From Eledone cirrhosa (lineage: Eukaryota): DNA of 64,000 nucleotides. The stretch lies in assembly GCA_964016885.1 (NCBI GenBank), contig OZ024752.1, forward strand, positions 22,196,001 to 22,260,000, in the 5' to 3' direction. This document shows, in pieces, positions 15,001 through 28,200 of this stretch (its first letter is position 1; the number at the start of each line of letters is the position of its first letter). The translations under genes and the position numbers were made by a program. A model generated the notes under the pieces. That model was given only the letters and a program-made list of their open reading frames with translations. It had not been told where the DNA came from and did no database searches.

Positions 15001-15712
15001 AAAACAGTGGACAGAAGGTAGAGGGTGGTGGTGAACTACCAAAAACAGTGAACAGAAGGTAGAGGGTGGTGGTGAACTACCAAAAACACTGGACAGAAGG
15101 TAGAGGGTGGTGGTGAACTACCAAAAACAGTGGACAGAAGGTAGAGTGTGGTGGTGAACTTCCAAAAACACTGAACAGAAGGTAGAGGGTGGTGGTGAAC
15201 TACCAAAAACAGTGGACAGAAGGCAGAGTGTGGTGGTGAACTACCAAAAACAGTGGACAGAAGGTAGAGGGTGGTGGTGAACTACCAAAAACAGTGGACA
15301 GAAGGCAGAGGGTGGTGGTGAACTACCAAAAACAGTGGACAGAAGGCAGAGTGTGGTGGTGATCTACCAAAAACAGTGGACAGAAGGTAGAGTGTGGTGG
15401 TGAACTACCAAAAATAGTTGACAGAAGGTAGAGTGTGGTGGTGAACTACCAAAAACACTGGACAGAAGGTAGAGGGTGGTGGTGAACTACCAAAAATAGT
15501 TGACAGAAGGTAGAGTGTGGTGGTGAACTACCAAAAACACTGGACAGAAGGTAGAGGGTGGTGGTGAACTACCAAAAACAGTGGACAGAAGGTAGAGTGT
15601 GGTGGTGAACTACCAAAAACACTGGACAGAAGGTAGAGTGTGGTGGTGAACTACCAAAAATAGTTGACAGAATGCAGAGGGTGGTGGTGAACTACCAAAA
15701 ACTGGACAGAAG
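1..15712. repeat. 41-bp minisatellite array (about 380 units, open at the left window edge), probably in intron 1 of the canopy gene
   Basis: Consensus CCAAAAACAGTGGACAGAAGGTAGAGGGTGGTGGTGAACTA repeated head-to-tail, with point variants and occasional 39-bp units. Confidence 0.98.
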
Positions 15713-16186
15713 CAACAGAAAAAGAAGACAACAACATTTCCCTACATTCTGAGTTTAAATTCAGTTAAGGATTATTTTTATTTATTTCAATGCTCCTGAA
15801 TCTATAGGATAAAGAAACAGGTGCAGTGGCCATGATCTTCATAGGCCTTTCTTTCCAGACTAGGGATGATGTAGTTGATATTCAGTTGTTCAATCAATCG
15901 ATGTCTACAGAAAGGGGTTTTCAGATGGTTACAATTTAGGGAAACAAGGATTGGGTAAAGGAGTGTGATGTGGGAGTTGAGAAATAGTAGGATTGATAGT
16001 AGGAAATTTACTCCTTCATAACATGAAATTGAAGTTGTGTATCAGCTTTTATAAGAATTTTAGGGCTTAGGAGGAAGCATCATTTCATCTCTGAGGTTCA
16101 ACATTCTCAGCATTGACCTAAGTAAAAAAGAAAAAAACAACAGAAAACTTTAGAGAAAAAAATACAGGTGGAGAGGGTTTATTATA

Positions 16187-16547
16187 CAGGGTGTTTCAAA
16201 AATTTGGAGTTGTAAATATCCCAGAAACTACAAAGTCTAGGATAACTTGACTGAGCAGGCTTAATATGGAACAGCATGACAAAATTTGTCAACATTATAA
16301 CACATATTTGTAGTTTCTGGTATTTACATTACTCTATATATACTATTATATTTTCATGGTAAAGGCTTTACTTCACATAATTATCTCACATAATATCGAA
16401 TCTATGAGATTTTGAAAGTATTTATTTTGAGAACAATACCTTAACATCAGTTTGAGCGACCAGTTACAGCCAGTTTCAACAGAAAGAGGTAGAGAATTCT
16501 GGCCAGTTTTGGCTGGTTTGAACATTAAATTTTTTTTACACATCCTG
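16187..16547. mobile_element. Tc1/mariner-type MITE with a nested fragment of the TTAA-MITE family
   Basis: TA|CAGGGTGT...ACATCCTG|TA termini. Internal inverted repeat at about 16213-16234/16308-16327. Region 16326-16527 resembles 19850-20041. Confidence 0.55.
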
Positions 16548-16612
16548 TATTTTTTAAATAGTCATTTCCATCATCAAATTCTTGACTTGTTTTACTTTGT
16601 ATCTTTGAACAG

Positions 16613-16733
16613 TTTGTAAATATCTGACTGTGGAGTTGCAGTCATTGCTCTCAGAAACGGAGAAGTCAAAGTTTGTTTTAGAAACTGGTCATGGCTTGGA
16701 TACAAAGAAGAAGAGAATTCAATACCAATATTC
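16613..16733 (+). CDS. CNPY4: Canopy homolog (CNPY3/4-like), first visible coding exon
   Basis: AG|...|GTGAGT. Reads (V)CKYLTVELQSLLSETEKSKFVLETGHGLDTKKKRIQYQY(S), matching the canopy CxxCK...EL region. Phase 1 in, phase 2 out. Confidence 0.9.
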
Positions 16734-16894
16734 GTGAGTATCAATTATTTAATTTTAGAACATCATATATTAATCCAGCTCCGATACTACAGGTATGGGA
16801 TTAGAATGTCACAGAAACAAATCTTGTATTACTTATTCCCCATGGCCTCTCCCCATGAATCATCAATCATCTCCAAGGTGGTTTCTATATTAAT

Positions 16895-17008
16895 GTGGAC
16901 TGGAGCAACATGAAATAAAGTATCTTGCTCAAGGACACAACGCGCCACTAAGAATTGAACTCACAACCTTACAATCTTGAGCCGAATACCCTAACCATTA
17001 TGTCACAC
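16895..17008 (-). mobile_element. tRNA-derived SINE (head plus CORE-like domain), partial
   Basis: Reverse complement shows a TGGTTAGGG...GAGTTCAATTC head and GTGTCCTTGAGCAAGA..CTTTATTTCA..TTGCTCCAGT, shared with other copies in the window. Confidence 0.75.
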
Positions 17009-18175
17009 TGTGATGAAAAGTCATACACATATTAACATTACAAAAGAATGACAGAAGAAAAGAGCTTTTTGACGGAAAATGAAAAGAACCATTCAGTAAT
17101 CTAATTGGCTTTTCACTCCATGCATTAATGGATGTTTTTGTTGATAGAAATGATGGCTTCTAAAAATTGTTCAATTTTGGGTATCTTAAAGTTGAGTTAT
17201 TTCTCTTAGCAAATTATATTTTTTGATTACTAATAACCAAAAACATTCTTCTTGGGATGCAGATGTAACGGAATATTATGTGTGGTTGTAACGACAAGTG
17301 GATGGATGGATGTAACTGTTGGTATGGTGGTTTCGGTGTAAGGAAAAATACCAGGAGTGTTGTTACAAAGTTTATTTTATTACAACAATATTCAATTTGA
17401 ATATTGAATGATAAAATAATTGACACAAAATATTCATACAATAATTTGGTGGCTCTTCGAGCCACGTAAATTCAAATATGACAGAATACGATTATAATAT
17501 GTGTAAACAGAAATGAATGGTGCGTGTACAAATGCTGGACTCACTATGAATGCGTGTGTGCGGCGTATCAGTATATTTACTTATTTGTATTGCAGGAGTC
17601 AGCGATCAGCCAGGAAGGTGAGAATAAATGGTAGACTGGTTTTTTGTGACGAGAGCTTGTAAAACGTCTTGTCTTGTCAGTATCCACTTCTTTTTTGTTT
17701 TTGGCGTAAACAATCCCTGTCTTTATAAGAGTTGAAGTTAGAAGGATAGATATATCCTCTGAACTTTGGTTAGTCTCCCAAGGGATTAGTTTGCCAAGCG
17801 TAAACAAGTCAGAAAGATGGATATATCCTCTGACCTATTTTCTGTCAGGCGTAAACACCTCTGACCTGTGTTTAGCCTCTCCCAAGGGGTTAGTCTCCTG
17901 AGCGTAAACAAGTTACCACGGCTTGTCTCAGAGGCGGGAAAGCTCAGATTTGGTTTCGAATCTTCGCCGCCGTTATACAGATGTCGAAAATCAAATCTGT
18001 TTTTCTTTTTTTTTAGGCCGCACTGTTTCGGCTGCATACACACATACATAGACACATATACTCTCAAATATATAGGAGATATTATTATATTATGTATATT
18101 ATTAAACTATAAATATATATGTAATATATATATTGTTAATACATTACATATATATTTATTTGTCATTTGTTTCAG

Positions 18176-18316
18176 AGAGCTTCGTTTGACAGAGGCCCTT
18201 CACGAACCTCACATCTGTGATCGCCTTCTCAAATACAATGTCCACAACGAAAAGAAAGGCAGTTTAAGGTTTGCCAAGGGCAGAAGTGAAACCCTGAAAA
18301 CTTTGCACGGATTAAG
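18176..18316 (+). CDS. CNPY4: Canopy homolog coding exon
   Basis: TTTCAG|...|GTAAA. Reads [46 protein letters not shown], the canopy ELRLxE...RFAKGxSET motif. Phases fit both neighbours. Confidence 0.93.
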
Positions 18317-19147
18317 GTAAAACACATCTGGCCTTCCAACCCTTAGGAAAACTCAGTCTATGTATGACACTTCCTTCTTATTCTTTGGAGCAGCTCCTGA
18401 ATTCTCCTGTGACCCCCTCCGATAAAACAACAAAAACTAGTTAGCTATAAACTGCACTTGAAAGCTCCAATTTATCTTCATTGTGGTCAGGTTAAGCTTC
18501 TGGTACCTTATAATTCAGTATAACCTGCTTTATGGTTAAGTGGTCAATGACTAAACTGGCTCCCTCACCAGACACTGGTATAGTGAGGAGGGTAAGTGAA
18601 ACTCCAGCAGCACAAAAAACAAGAGTTGTTAAAAGGGCTGATGAATTCCTCAAAGTCAACATGCATCCACCCCAACTATGGGTTAAATAACCTCACAAAC
18701 CTGCAATTGGCTAAGCGTGGTGTGTATGGCTACACCCCTGACATGACCAAAACCAAACAGAAAGAGGTGGAGGTAAACGAGAGAGGGGTTCCTCCAACAG
18801 GAGTGAGAAGGCCCTGTATTGGATTGGAGTTAACTTTAGTAGAACTGACAGGAATTGGAAGAGTCATTAGATGGTTGGACAAAATGTCTCGTATTTGTTT
18901 CAGCTCTCTGTACTCTCTGTTCAAATCCTAGTAGGGACAACTTTGGCTCCCATCCTTTTGGGGTTTATAAAATAAAGTACCAGTCTAGAACAATAGATCT
19001 GTGGAAGTGTTAGAATGTTGGATAAAATGTATCTCAAGGTATTTATTCTGTTTTTTTTACATTGAGTAACCATGCAGGTTGGGTGAACTTGTCTGAGAAG
19101 ACAGTGTCTTTAAAACATACCCAGAAGAAGATTAAAACATTTGTGTA

Positions 19148-19395
19148 TTCTTCTTCTTCACTCACTGATCCCTGAGAGGGTCGTGAGGGCAGTTCTCAAA
19201 CACTCCTTCCAGAAGGTCCTGTCAGAAGCAACCATCTCCAACTGATCCAGCTAGATCTCCAAGCTTGACCAGCCAAGCTCACGGATATTATCCAACCATC
19301 TTACTTAGGCTCTACCCCTGGGTTTCCTACCAGTTGGTTTTGCCTGTAAAATCTGTCCAGCGATTCTTTCCTGAGACATTCTAACCACATGCCCA
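19148..19395 (-). mobile_element. 3' fragment of an RTE-type LINE
   Basis: Minus strand reads HVVRMSQERIAGQILQAKPTGRKPRGR...RWLDNI, followed by a (GAA)n tail. Confidence 0.7.
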
Positions 19396-19489
19396 CTCTC
19401 TGTGTATTCTACCATGAAAATTTCATGACAAATTCATAGCACTCATCAAAGTTACTAAGAGTCATTCGTCAGCCCAATGGTCCAAAGTA

Positions 19490-19730
19490 GGAAGTGAGAT
19501 TATCAACAGTGGGGTTTAATTCCTGGACTGGGTTGTGTGTTCTATTCTTGAGCAAAACACTTCATTTCACATTGCTCCAGTATATTCAGCTGAAAATGAG
19601 TACCAGCCCTGCGATGGATTAGGGTCCTCTCCAGGGGGAAATCTTGACCTATCAGTTGTTTAGCACCACAGAAACCACGATAAGCACTGGCTTGATGAGC
19701 CTTCAGGCTTGAGACAGGCTTTAGACTTTT
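19490..19730 (+). mobile_element. tRNA-derived SINE, same family as 39934-40219
   Basis: CTTGAGCAAAACACTTCATTTCACATTGCTCCAGT core and a GACAGGCTTTAGACTT tail. Confidence 0.7.
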
Positions 19731-19849
19731 TCTAGGTCAAGAAGGTTGATATCATCAAGCAGTATGGAAACTGAATTCATAGATGTCAAAATATTACAGA
19801 AGCAATAATAGTTTGCCTGATAGACAAGGCTACAAAATTGATCAATTAA

Positions 19850-20041
19850 CCCTTTATCATTACTCTATATTTACTATTATATTTTCATGGTAAAGGCTTT
19901 ACCTCGAATCTCTGAGATTTTGATATTATTTATTTTGAGAACAATACCTTAATGTTAATATGAGCACCCGGTTACAGCTGGTTTGAACAGAAGGAGGTGA
20001 GAGAATTCTGGCCGGATATAGCTGGTTTAAATGCTGAAGGG
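19850..20041. mobile_element. piggyBac-type (TTAA) MITE
   Basis: TTAA|CCCTTT...AAGGG|TTAA. An inverted copy lies at 35603-35796 and a fragment at 16326-16527. Confidence 0.75.
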
Positions 20042-20378
20042 TTAAAGAATAAAAACTTGAGTAAAGCAAATAAAACAAACCAACAGTTTACACTGTTGCC
20101 TTATATTTAGGGGTTAAGGCCTCTTTTTCAAAAGAAAGGACATTACCAACCCTTGCCATTTCCTTTTTTTTTTTTTTAAATCATGAAATAGTGTAAAGTC
20201 TTGTTTAACCTTTGTTTTCACTCATTTATTTCTAATTCACATTGTACAGGCTTTCCCAAAACAACCCCAACCACGCATCTCACATTGTTTCATATAAACT
20301 AATTGAATGTGAAAATGACTAAATCAATGCCATCTTGTATTAGTAATGTAATGTTGTTATTGTTGTTGGTTATTCCAG

Positions 20379-20463
20379 AGAGAAAGGGGTGAAAGTGGAT
20401 CTTGGAATTCCTGAAGACCTTTGGGACACACCCTCTGTGGAAGTGTCAGACTTGCATAGAAAG
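20379..20463 (+). CDS. CNPY4: Canopy homolog coding exon
   Basis: TTCCAG|...|GTGAGT. Reads EKGVKVDLGIPEDLWDTPSVEVSDLHRK; recalled CNPY4 motif is KGVKVDLGIPxELWDxPSVEV. Confidence 0.93.
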
Positions 20464-20562
20464 GTGAGTAGAACATTATCATTGCAAGCCTTATTCTAAA
20501 AGGGTGTTGGGGTAGAAGGTGTGGGCGGGAGTTAGGTAGAGGTGGTAGGAAGAAGGGAGTTA

Positions 20563-23216
20563 CCGTATATACTCACATATAGATCGCACTTTTTTAACGA
20601 TAAATAAGTATAAATTTTTGGGGTGCGATCTAGCCGATCGACATCAGATTGACCAATGATTTTTCATAGACTTAATCAACAATGGGTATTTATAAAAATA
20701 ACTTTGTTAATATTTTTATTATTTAACATAATAATTTCATATATCTACCTTCTTATACATATATTTCTTGATTTTAAATTTTTTACTAAAACTTCGTAGT
20801 GTTTACGTTTTTTTTTATCTGACCGAACCATCCGACATTAAAATCTATAGAAATGCATACCCGGTATTTAAAATGTGATTTCATTGTCTTAGCGTTGCTA
20901 TGAACACGTATTGTGACGTATTTACTTTAACAGGAAACAGATTATTGCATGTTGCGTTTCTTTTCAAAATTAGCAAGTAAGAAAAGTTGATAGTTGAAAT
21001 TATTTTTATAATTCACTGAGAAATATGAATTGTGGTAAGAGAAAAAGTTATCAAACAGTTTTCAAGTTAAAGGTGGTTGGTTATGCAGAAGAATTTGGAA
21101 ATAGATCAGCAGAAAGGGAGTTTGGAGTGTCAGAAAAGGTGGTGAGAGGTTGGAGAAATGCCTAAATCAAAGAGAGCAGCAAGGTTTGGAGTATCACCAT
21201 ATCAAGATCTTAAAAAAGAGCTAAATGATTGGGTTTTAGATATCAGGGAAAATGGACACATTGTTATAAGACTATAAGAACGAAAGCCCTTCAACTTGCA
21301 CCAAAGTACCACTTATCCCAATTTAAATCGTCAGCAGGGTGGTGCACCAGGTTTATGAATAGGTTTGGACTGACTCTTCGCCAAAAGACACATATTGCAC
21401 AAAAGATATTGATGACAAAGTACACAATTTTGTAAAATTTGTGTTAAAGGAAAGAAAAATGTTTGATTTTGCTATGGAGAATATAGCCAACATGGATGAA
21501 GCACCCATGTACTTTGACATGTCAGGCAACACAACTGTGGATAGTGTAGGTAACAAAACTGTTACAGTCAAAACCACTGGTCATGGAAAACAACATTTTA
21601 CTGTTGTTCTAGCATGCCGGGCTGATAGAAAAAAACTTTGCCCTATGGTTATTTTCAAAAGGAAAATTATGCCGAAAGAGAATTTTCCAAGCGATGTGAT
21701 TGTGAAGGTACATCCGAAGGGCTGGATGGACGAGAACTTAACAAAGTTATGGCTTGATGAAGTGTGGATGAAAAGGCCAGGGGCATTACTGAAGCCACAA
21801 AGTTTGCTAGTTTGGGATATGTTTCGATCTCACTGCTGTGAGTCTGTAAAGGCTAAGTGAAGGATTGTAAAACAAGACAAGCAGTGATTCCTGGTGGTTG
21901 CACCTCAGTCTTACAACCCCTTGATGTGGAAATAAATAAGCCCTTCAAGACTTATATCCGTAAACTCTGGACTTCTTGGATGATATCAGGTGAAAAAGAA
22001 ATTACCAAAGGTGGATCATTGAAAAGACCTGGCTTGAGATTAGTGGTGGAGTGGGTGAAGGAGGCTTGGGAAAGTATCCCTGAAGAGCTAATAATGAAGG
22101 CTTTCAAAAAAATGTGGCATATCAAATGCGATGGACGGGACTGAAGATGATGTGAGGATTCAGTTGGTGAAAAGACAGAAAATGCAGAGAGTGATGAGGG
22201 AGATGATATTGAAGAATGTGAAGATGAATTGAATGACTATTATAACGAATGCACAGTTACAGATGAAGAAATGAAAAAACTATTAATTAACAGGTGTAAA
22301 AGTAATAACTTTATGGATAAACACAAAAATTTAAACTTTATCTGCCTTACCTGTTAGATTTGTTGCATAAAAATTCAATAATGACCTAGATGTTGACTTC
22401 CATCAATTCTAGCAGTTTTCCGAACAGGTGAATTAATTAAAAATGCAGATATAATCAGTACAAGGTTTTAGTCTTTCTCTACATTCCAGGCAAATATTTT
22501 CATTGAAAAAAATGTATAAAACCTTTTCACCAGTCAAAATAATATTTGCAATGTACTCTTACACAATGTACGGTGTAAATTTACGTAACAGAATGTTCCC
22601 AATATATAAGTTCATTAATAGGTGTGAACATGTATTGGTGTTGTATCTTTCAACCATGTTGCTGAAATATTTTCAATGGTGTCCATCAGATCTTCGCTTT
22701 CATTTTCAAAGTAACTATCATCGTCAGAAATAAATAGTTTGATTCAATTGAAGATAAATCACTAATATTATCTTGTGTTTCTTTTTCATTTCGAATGTCG
22801 TCGCATGTAAAACCTTCAAAGTCAGTATTCGCTACTTTGGGAAGCCATGTTGATACGCTAAAAATCTGTTATACTTTCAACGTTAAAAAACACGTGTTAT
22901 TTCAAGTTGTTTCACTATATTAAGAGTTAATTTTCTCACTTAAAGGCTTTATCTCGCAGTAATCTCGAATTGACGAGATTTCGATGACGTTAATGGTTTA
23001 TTTTATAAATAAAACATGGTTTGGAGTATATATCGCAAGGGCAAAGTAATGGACAGCTAACAGATTATTAGTTTCAATTATCATAAAAAATAGTAGTTTG
23101 ACTGCCCAAATTTCAGTGCGACCTATCTGCGAGCCAATGGCAAATAGCCTATTTGTTAAATGAAAAGTAAGTATGCGACCTATCTGCTGGGGCGACCTAT
23201 ATGCGAATATATACGG
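20563..23216 (+). mobile_element. pogo-superfamily (POGK/Passer-like) DNA transposon, both ends present, decayed
   Basis: TA target-site duplication (TSD) at 20561-62 and 23217-18. Terminal inverted repeats (TIRs) CCGTATATACTCACATATAG / CTATATGCGAATATATACGG. Subterminal GCGACCTAT repeats. Confidence 0.92.
21025..22290 (+). pseudogene. Frameshifted pogo transposase (Brinker-like DNA-binding domain, CENP-B HTH, DDE_1, acidic tail)
   Basis: KRKSY..FKLKVV..AEEFGNRSAEREFGV, FKSSAGWCTRFMNR, NMDEAPMYFDM, LLVWDMFRSH and LQPLDVEINKPFK are split over several frames with stops. Confidence 0.9.
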
Positions 23217-24301
23217 TAGGTAGAGGGGCTATGAAGAAGGGAGTTAGGTAGAGGGGGTATGAAGAAGGGAGTAAGGTAAAGAGGGTAGGATGGTAGAAAG
23301 GAGAAAGAGGTAGAGAAATGGGTTAAAAAGATAGAGAGAAATAGATAATATGAGTTAGTGTATGTGTAGCTTTGTGTAAAGCTGAGAATGATTGTGAAAA
23401 TATAAAAGAATGTGTGAGAGAGATAAATGTGTAGTCATAACAAAATTCTAAAATTTGGAGAACTGGCGCAAAATTGGAGCTTCTCATTTTAACATTTTCA
23501 TGTTCAATTATAATCTTCTACTAGAATGTTATCTAAGAACCTTTAGTTAAGTTTGTATTCCATTTTATTCAATAAATGATACCAGTTTCTAAAAATAGTA
23601 TAGTTTATCTCTGTATCCTTTTGTCATGGTGGTTAGTGATGAAGGTTGTGAAGAAGAAATTGAATGAGATGGCTGGGTCATGTGCTGAGAGAGGATAAAA
23701 TTGACTGGGTGAAAGGAGTGATGGAGATGAAATAGAGGAAGACATCCAAGAAAGACATGACTAAAGATAATGGGGGACAAAATGAAAGGCTGAGAACCAA
23801 TGAGGGTACTCTTGGGTCCCAAATAATAGCGAGATTGGACATTTGCTTATATTCTTATGAGCGGAGGGGTTTGGGATAAACAGGGGAGTAGGGTGGGAAA
23901 TTAGTAATTGTATAGTGTATGTTCACAAATATGGAATTTCTTGTAATGTTCTTTTTTTGTCATATATAATGTTTTTTTAATGTAAAATAAAATAATTATT
24001 AGATTCTCCAGCTGCTGTATCAATATGAATCACTTACAATAAAATTTTGCCGGAGATAGATTAGTAAAATTTAATAAGTGAAAAAATCTGAAAAATTAAT
24101 AAGCAGGGGGAGGGGACGATTATTCAAAACCTAAGAGTAAATGTAGATGACAGGGAAAATGGAGGAGTTTGCCATGGAATCCTGCAACCCCTGCTTTAAC
24201 AGGAAAATGGCCTTAAAAAATTTGTTTGATATCTCTATGCCTTTGCATTGCTACGTCTTACATTGTCTTTTTAACAAGATTCCTTGTCTTCTCTCCAACA
24301 G

Positions 24302-24422
24302 TGTATCCGTCTAGTGGAAGACCACGAAACTGATATTGAAGATTGGTATTTTGGACATCAGACAACCCAGTCACTGCAGGAATACCTCTGTAAAGATATT
24401 GTCCTTTTACCAAACGAATCTG
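24302..24422 (+). CDS. CNPY4: Canopy homolog coding exon
   Basis: CCAACAG|...|GTAATC. Reads CIRLVEDHETDIEDWYFGHQTTQSLQEYLCKDIVLLPNES (DWYFxHQ...LC motif). Confidence 0.93.
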
Positions 24423-25214
24423 GTAATCTCTCTCTCTCTCTTCTACTTCTCTAACTTATAAAACTGTTTAACATGTCCATGTCAGCCCTCCACTCTCCAC
24501 CTGCTGTTGCTCGCTTTCTCTCATCCTCTCTGCTGTGTTTCCACCTTTGAGAAGTACAACTGTTTACACAGTAATATAACTATAACAAATGAAGTGTTGG
24601 AACATCAGATAAATTAGTGGTAGTATATATTTCAGCTCCTTGTAGCTGAGTTCAAATTCTGCTATCATCAAATTTGACTCTCACATTCGACCTAGGCTGG
24701 TGGACCTGAAGGAATAAGATGTCTTGCAGTATTTCTTCTGGCTCTTTGTATTTCAATTTCGAAATCTTGCTGTCATCTATTTGGGTGATATACTTAATCA
24801 GTTTCCCAGTTTACACTTTGCTGTAAGAAGGTCACTGAGGGCCACCCAGAGTATTCTCTTCCAAGAAATGGAGGGTTGAGTGTGTTTGTGGGGAAGGGAC
24901 TTCATGCCAGAATTCATCAAATGTGGCAGATATAGAGGGATTGATATGCTGTACAACACAAAATAGTTAAGAAATATTCCTTAGGGTGGACATGCAGTAA
25001 CATTTTGATCTCTTTCCTTATAATCATTATTGAGGTGACAGAGAGATTTTCTAGCTAGATCTTGTCAACAAATCTTCATTTTGTTTAAATACACAAGTCT
25101 CCAATATCTGAATGGTTAAATGACAGCAGAAGCGCACCCAGGTGTCATGATCTGAATACGGCTTGGCTCCCTTAGAGTGTAAGAAATTAAGGGCCAAAAC
25201 ACTTGCTTGAGAGG

Positions 25215-28200
25215 GGTTTCTTCTCTAAAGACCTTCTGCTGTCTAACTCTCTGAAGACCTTCTGCTGTCCAGCTCTCCTGAGAGTATCTTCTCTGAAGAC
25301 CTTCTGCTGTCCAACTCTCCTGAGAGTATCTTCTCTGAAGACCTTCTGCTGTCTAACTCTCCTGAGAGTATCTTCTCTGAAGACCTTCTGCTGTCTAACT
25401 CTCCTGAGAGTATCTTCTCTGAAGACCTTCTGCTGTCTAACTCTCCTGAGAGTATCTTCTCTGAAGACCTGCTGTCCAGCTCTCCTGAGAGTATCTTCTC
25501 TGAAGACCTTCTGCTGTTCAACTCTCCTGAGAGTATCTTCTCTGAAGACCTTCTGCTGTCCAGCTCTCCTGAGAGTATCTTCTCTGAAGACCTTCTGCTG
25601 TCCAGCTCTCCTCAGAGTTTCTTCTCTGAAGACCTTCTGCTGTCTAACTCTCCTGAGAGTATCTTCTCTGAAGACCTTCTGCTGTCTAACTCTCCTGAGA
25701 GTATCTTCTCTGAAGACCTGCTGTCCAGCTCTCCTGAGAGTATCTTCTCTGAAGACCTTCTGCTGTCCAGCTCTCCTGAGAGTATCTTCTCTGAAGACCT
25801 TCTGCTGTCCAGCTCTCCTAAGAGTTTCTTCTCTGAAGATCTTCTGCTGTCCAGCTCTCCTGAGAGTATCTTCTCTGAAGACCTTCTGCTGTCCAGCTCT
25901 CCTGAGAGTATCTTCTCTGAAGACCTTCTGCTGTCCAGCTCTCCTAAGAGTTTCTTCTCTGAAGACCTTCTGCTGTCCAGCTCTCCTAAGAGTTTCTTTT
26001 CTGAAGACCTTCTGCTGTTTAACTCTCCTGAGAGTATCTTCTCTGAAGACCTTCTGCTGTCTAACTCTCCTGAGAGTATCTTCTCTGAAGACCTTCTGCT
26101 GTCCAGCTCTCCTAAGAGTTTCTTCTCTGAAGATCTTCTGCTGTCCAGCTCTCCTAAGAGTTTCTTCTCTGAAGACCTTCTGCTGTCCAGCTCTCCTGAG
26201 AGTATCTTCTCTGAAGACCTTCTGCTGTCCAGCTCTCCTGAGAGTATCTTCTCTGAAGACCTTCTGCTGTCCAGCTCTCCTGAGAGTATCTTCTCTGAAG
26301 ACCTTCTGCTGTCCAGCTCTCCTAAGAGTATCTTCTCTGAAGACCTTCTGCTGTCCAGCTCTCCTAAGAGTATCTTCTCTGAAGACCTTCTGCTGTCCAG
26401 CTCTCCTGAGAGTATCTTCTCTGAAGACCTTCTGCTGTCTAACTCTCCTGAGAGTATCTTCTCTGAAGACCTTCTGCTGTCCAGCTCTCCTGAGAGTATC
26501 TTCTCTGAAGACCTTCTGCTGTCCAGCTCTCCTGACAGTATCTTCTCTGAAGACCTTCTGCTGTCCAGCTCTCCTGAGAGTTTCTTCTCTGAAGACCTTC
26601 TGCTGTCCAGCTCTCCTGAGAGTATCTTCTCTGAAGACCTTCTGCTGTCCAGCTCTCCTGAGAGTTTCTTCTCTGAAGACCTTCTGCTGTCCAGCTCTCC
26701 TGAGAGTATCTTCTCTGAAGACCTTCTGCTGTCCAGCTCTCCTAAGAGTTTCTTCTCTGAAGACCTTCTGCTGTCTAACTCTCCTGAGAGTATCTTCTCT
26801 GAAGACCTTCTGCTGTCCAGCTCTCCTGAGAGTTTCTTCTCTGAAGACCTTCTGCTGTCCAGCTCTCCTGAGAGTATCTTCTCTGAAGACCTTCTGCTGT
26901 CCAGCTCTCCTAAGAGTTTCTTCTCTGAAGACCTTCTGCTGTCCAGCTCTCCTAAGAGTTTCTTCTCTGAAGACCTTCTGCTGTCTAACTCTCCTGAGAG
27001 TATCTTCTCTGAAGACCTTCTGCTGTCTAACTCTCCTGAGAGTATCTTCTCTGAAGACCTTCTGCTGTCCAGCTCTCCTAAGAGTTTCTTCTCTGAAGAT
27101 CTTCTGCTGTCCAGCTCTCCTAAGAGTTTCTTCTCTGAAGACCTTCTGCTGTCCAGCTCTCCTGAGAGTATCTTCTCTGAAGACCTTCTGCTGTCCAGCT
27201 CTCCTGAGAGTATCTTCTCTGAAGACCTTCTGCTGTCCAGCTCTCCTGAGAGTATCTTCTCTGAAGACCTTCTGCTGTCCAGCTCTCCTGAGAGTTTCTT
27301 CTCTGAAGACCTTCTGCTGTCCAGCTCTCCTAAGAGTTTCTTCTCTGAAGACCTTCTGCTGTCTAACTCTCCTGAGAGTATCTTCTCTGAAGACCTTCTG
27401 CTGTCTAACTCTCCTGAGAGTATCTTCTCTGAAGACCTTCTGCTGTCCAGCTCTCCTAAGAGTTTCTTCTCTGAAGATCTTCTGCTGTCCAGCTCTCCTA
27501 AGAGTTTCTTCTCTGAAGACCTTCTGCTGTCCAGCTCTCCTGAGAGTATCTTCTCTGAAGACCTTCTGCTGTCCAGCTCTCCTGAGAGTATCTTCTCTGA
27601 AGACCTTCTGCTGTCCAGCTCTCCTAAGAGTATCTTCTCTGAAGACCTTCTGCTGTCCAGCTCTCCTAAGAGTATCTTCTCTGAAGACCTGCTGTCCAGC
27701 TCTCCTGAGAGTATCTTCTCTGAAGACCTTCTGCTGTCTAACTCTCCTGAGAGTATCTTCTCTGAAGACTTTCTGCTGTCCAGCTCTCCTGAGAGTATCT
27801 TCTCTGAAGACCTTCTGCTGTCCAGCTCTCCTAAGAGTTTCTTCTCTGAAGATCTTCTGCTGTCCAGCTCTCCTAAGAGTATCTTCTCTGAAGACCTTCT
27901 GCTGTCCAGCTCTCCTAAGAGTATCTTCTCTGAAGACCTGCTGTCCAGCTCTCCTGAGAGTATCTTCTCTGAAGACCTTCTGCTGTCTAACTCTCCTGAG
28001 AGTATCTTCTCTGAAGACCTTCTGCTGTCTAACTCTCCTGAGAGTATCTTCTCTGAAGACTTTCTGCTGTCCAGCTCTCCTGAGAGTATCTTCTCTGAAG
28101 ACCTTCTGCTGTCCAGCTCTCCTGAGAGTTTCTTCTCTGAAGACCTTCTGCTGTCCAGCTCTCCTGAGAGTATCTTCTCTGAAGACCTTCTGCTGTCCAG

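Noticed and set aside
1-15712. CRISPR array or coding repeats
   Set aside because: Units are contiguous with no unique spacers and no cas genes, in eukaryotic context. The short ORFs are by-products of a 41-bp period.
15720-16600. Canopy first (signal-peptide) exon
   Set aside because: No ATG-hydrophobic segment ending in a phase-1 donor was found; the exon is presumed upstream of the window.
17746-17915. Short internal repeats (ATATATCCTCTGA, TCTCCCAAGGG, GCGTAAACA) suggesting a transposon
   Set aside because: No termini or TSD could be identified, so the element could not be delimited or classified.
17868-18320. 150-aa ORF as a complete gene
   Set aside because: Only 18176-18316 is canopy-like exon; the rest is intronic read-through.
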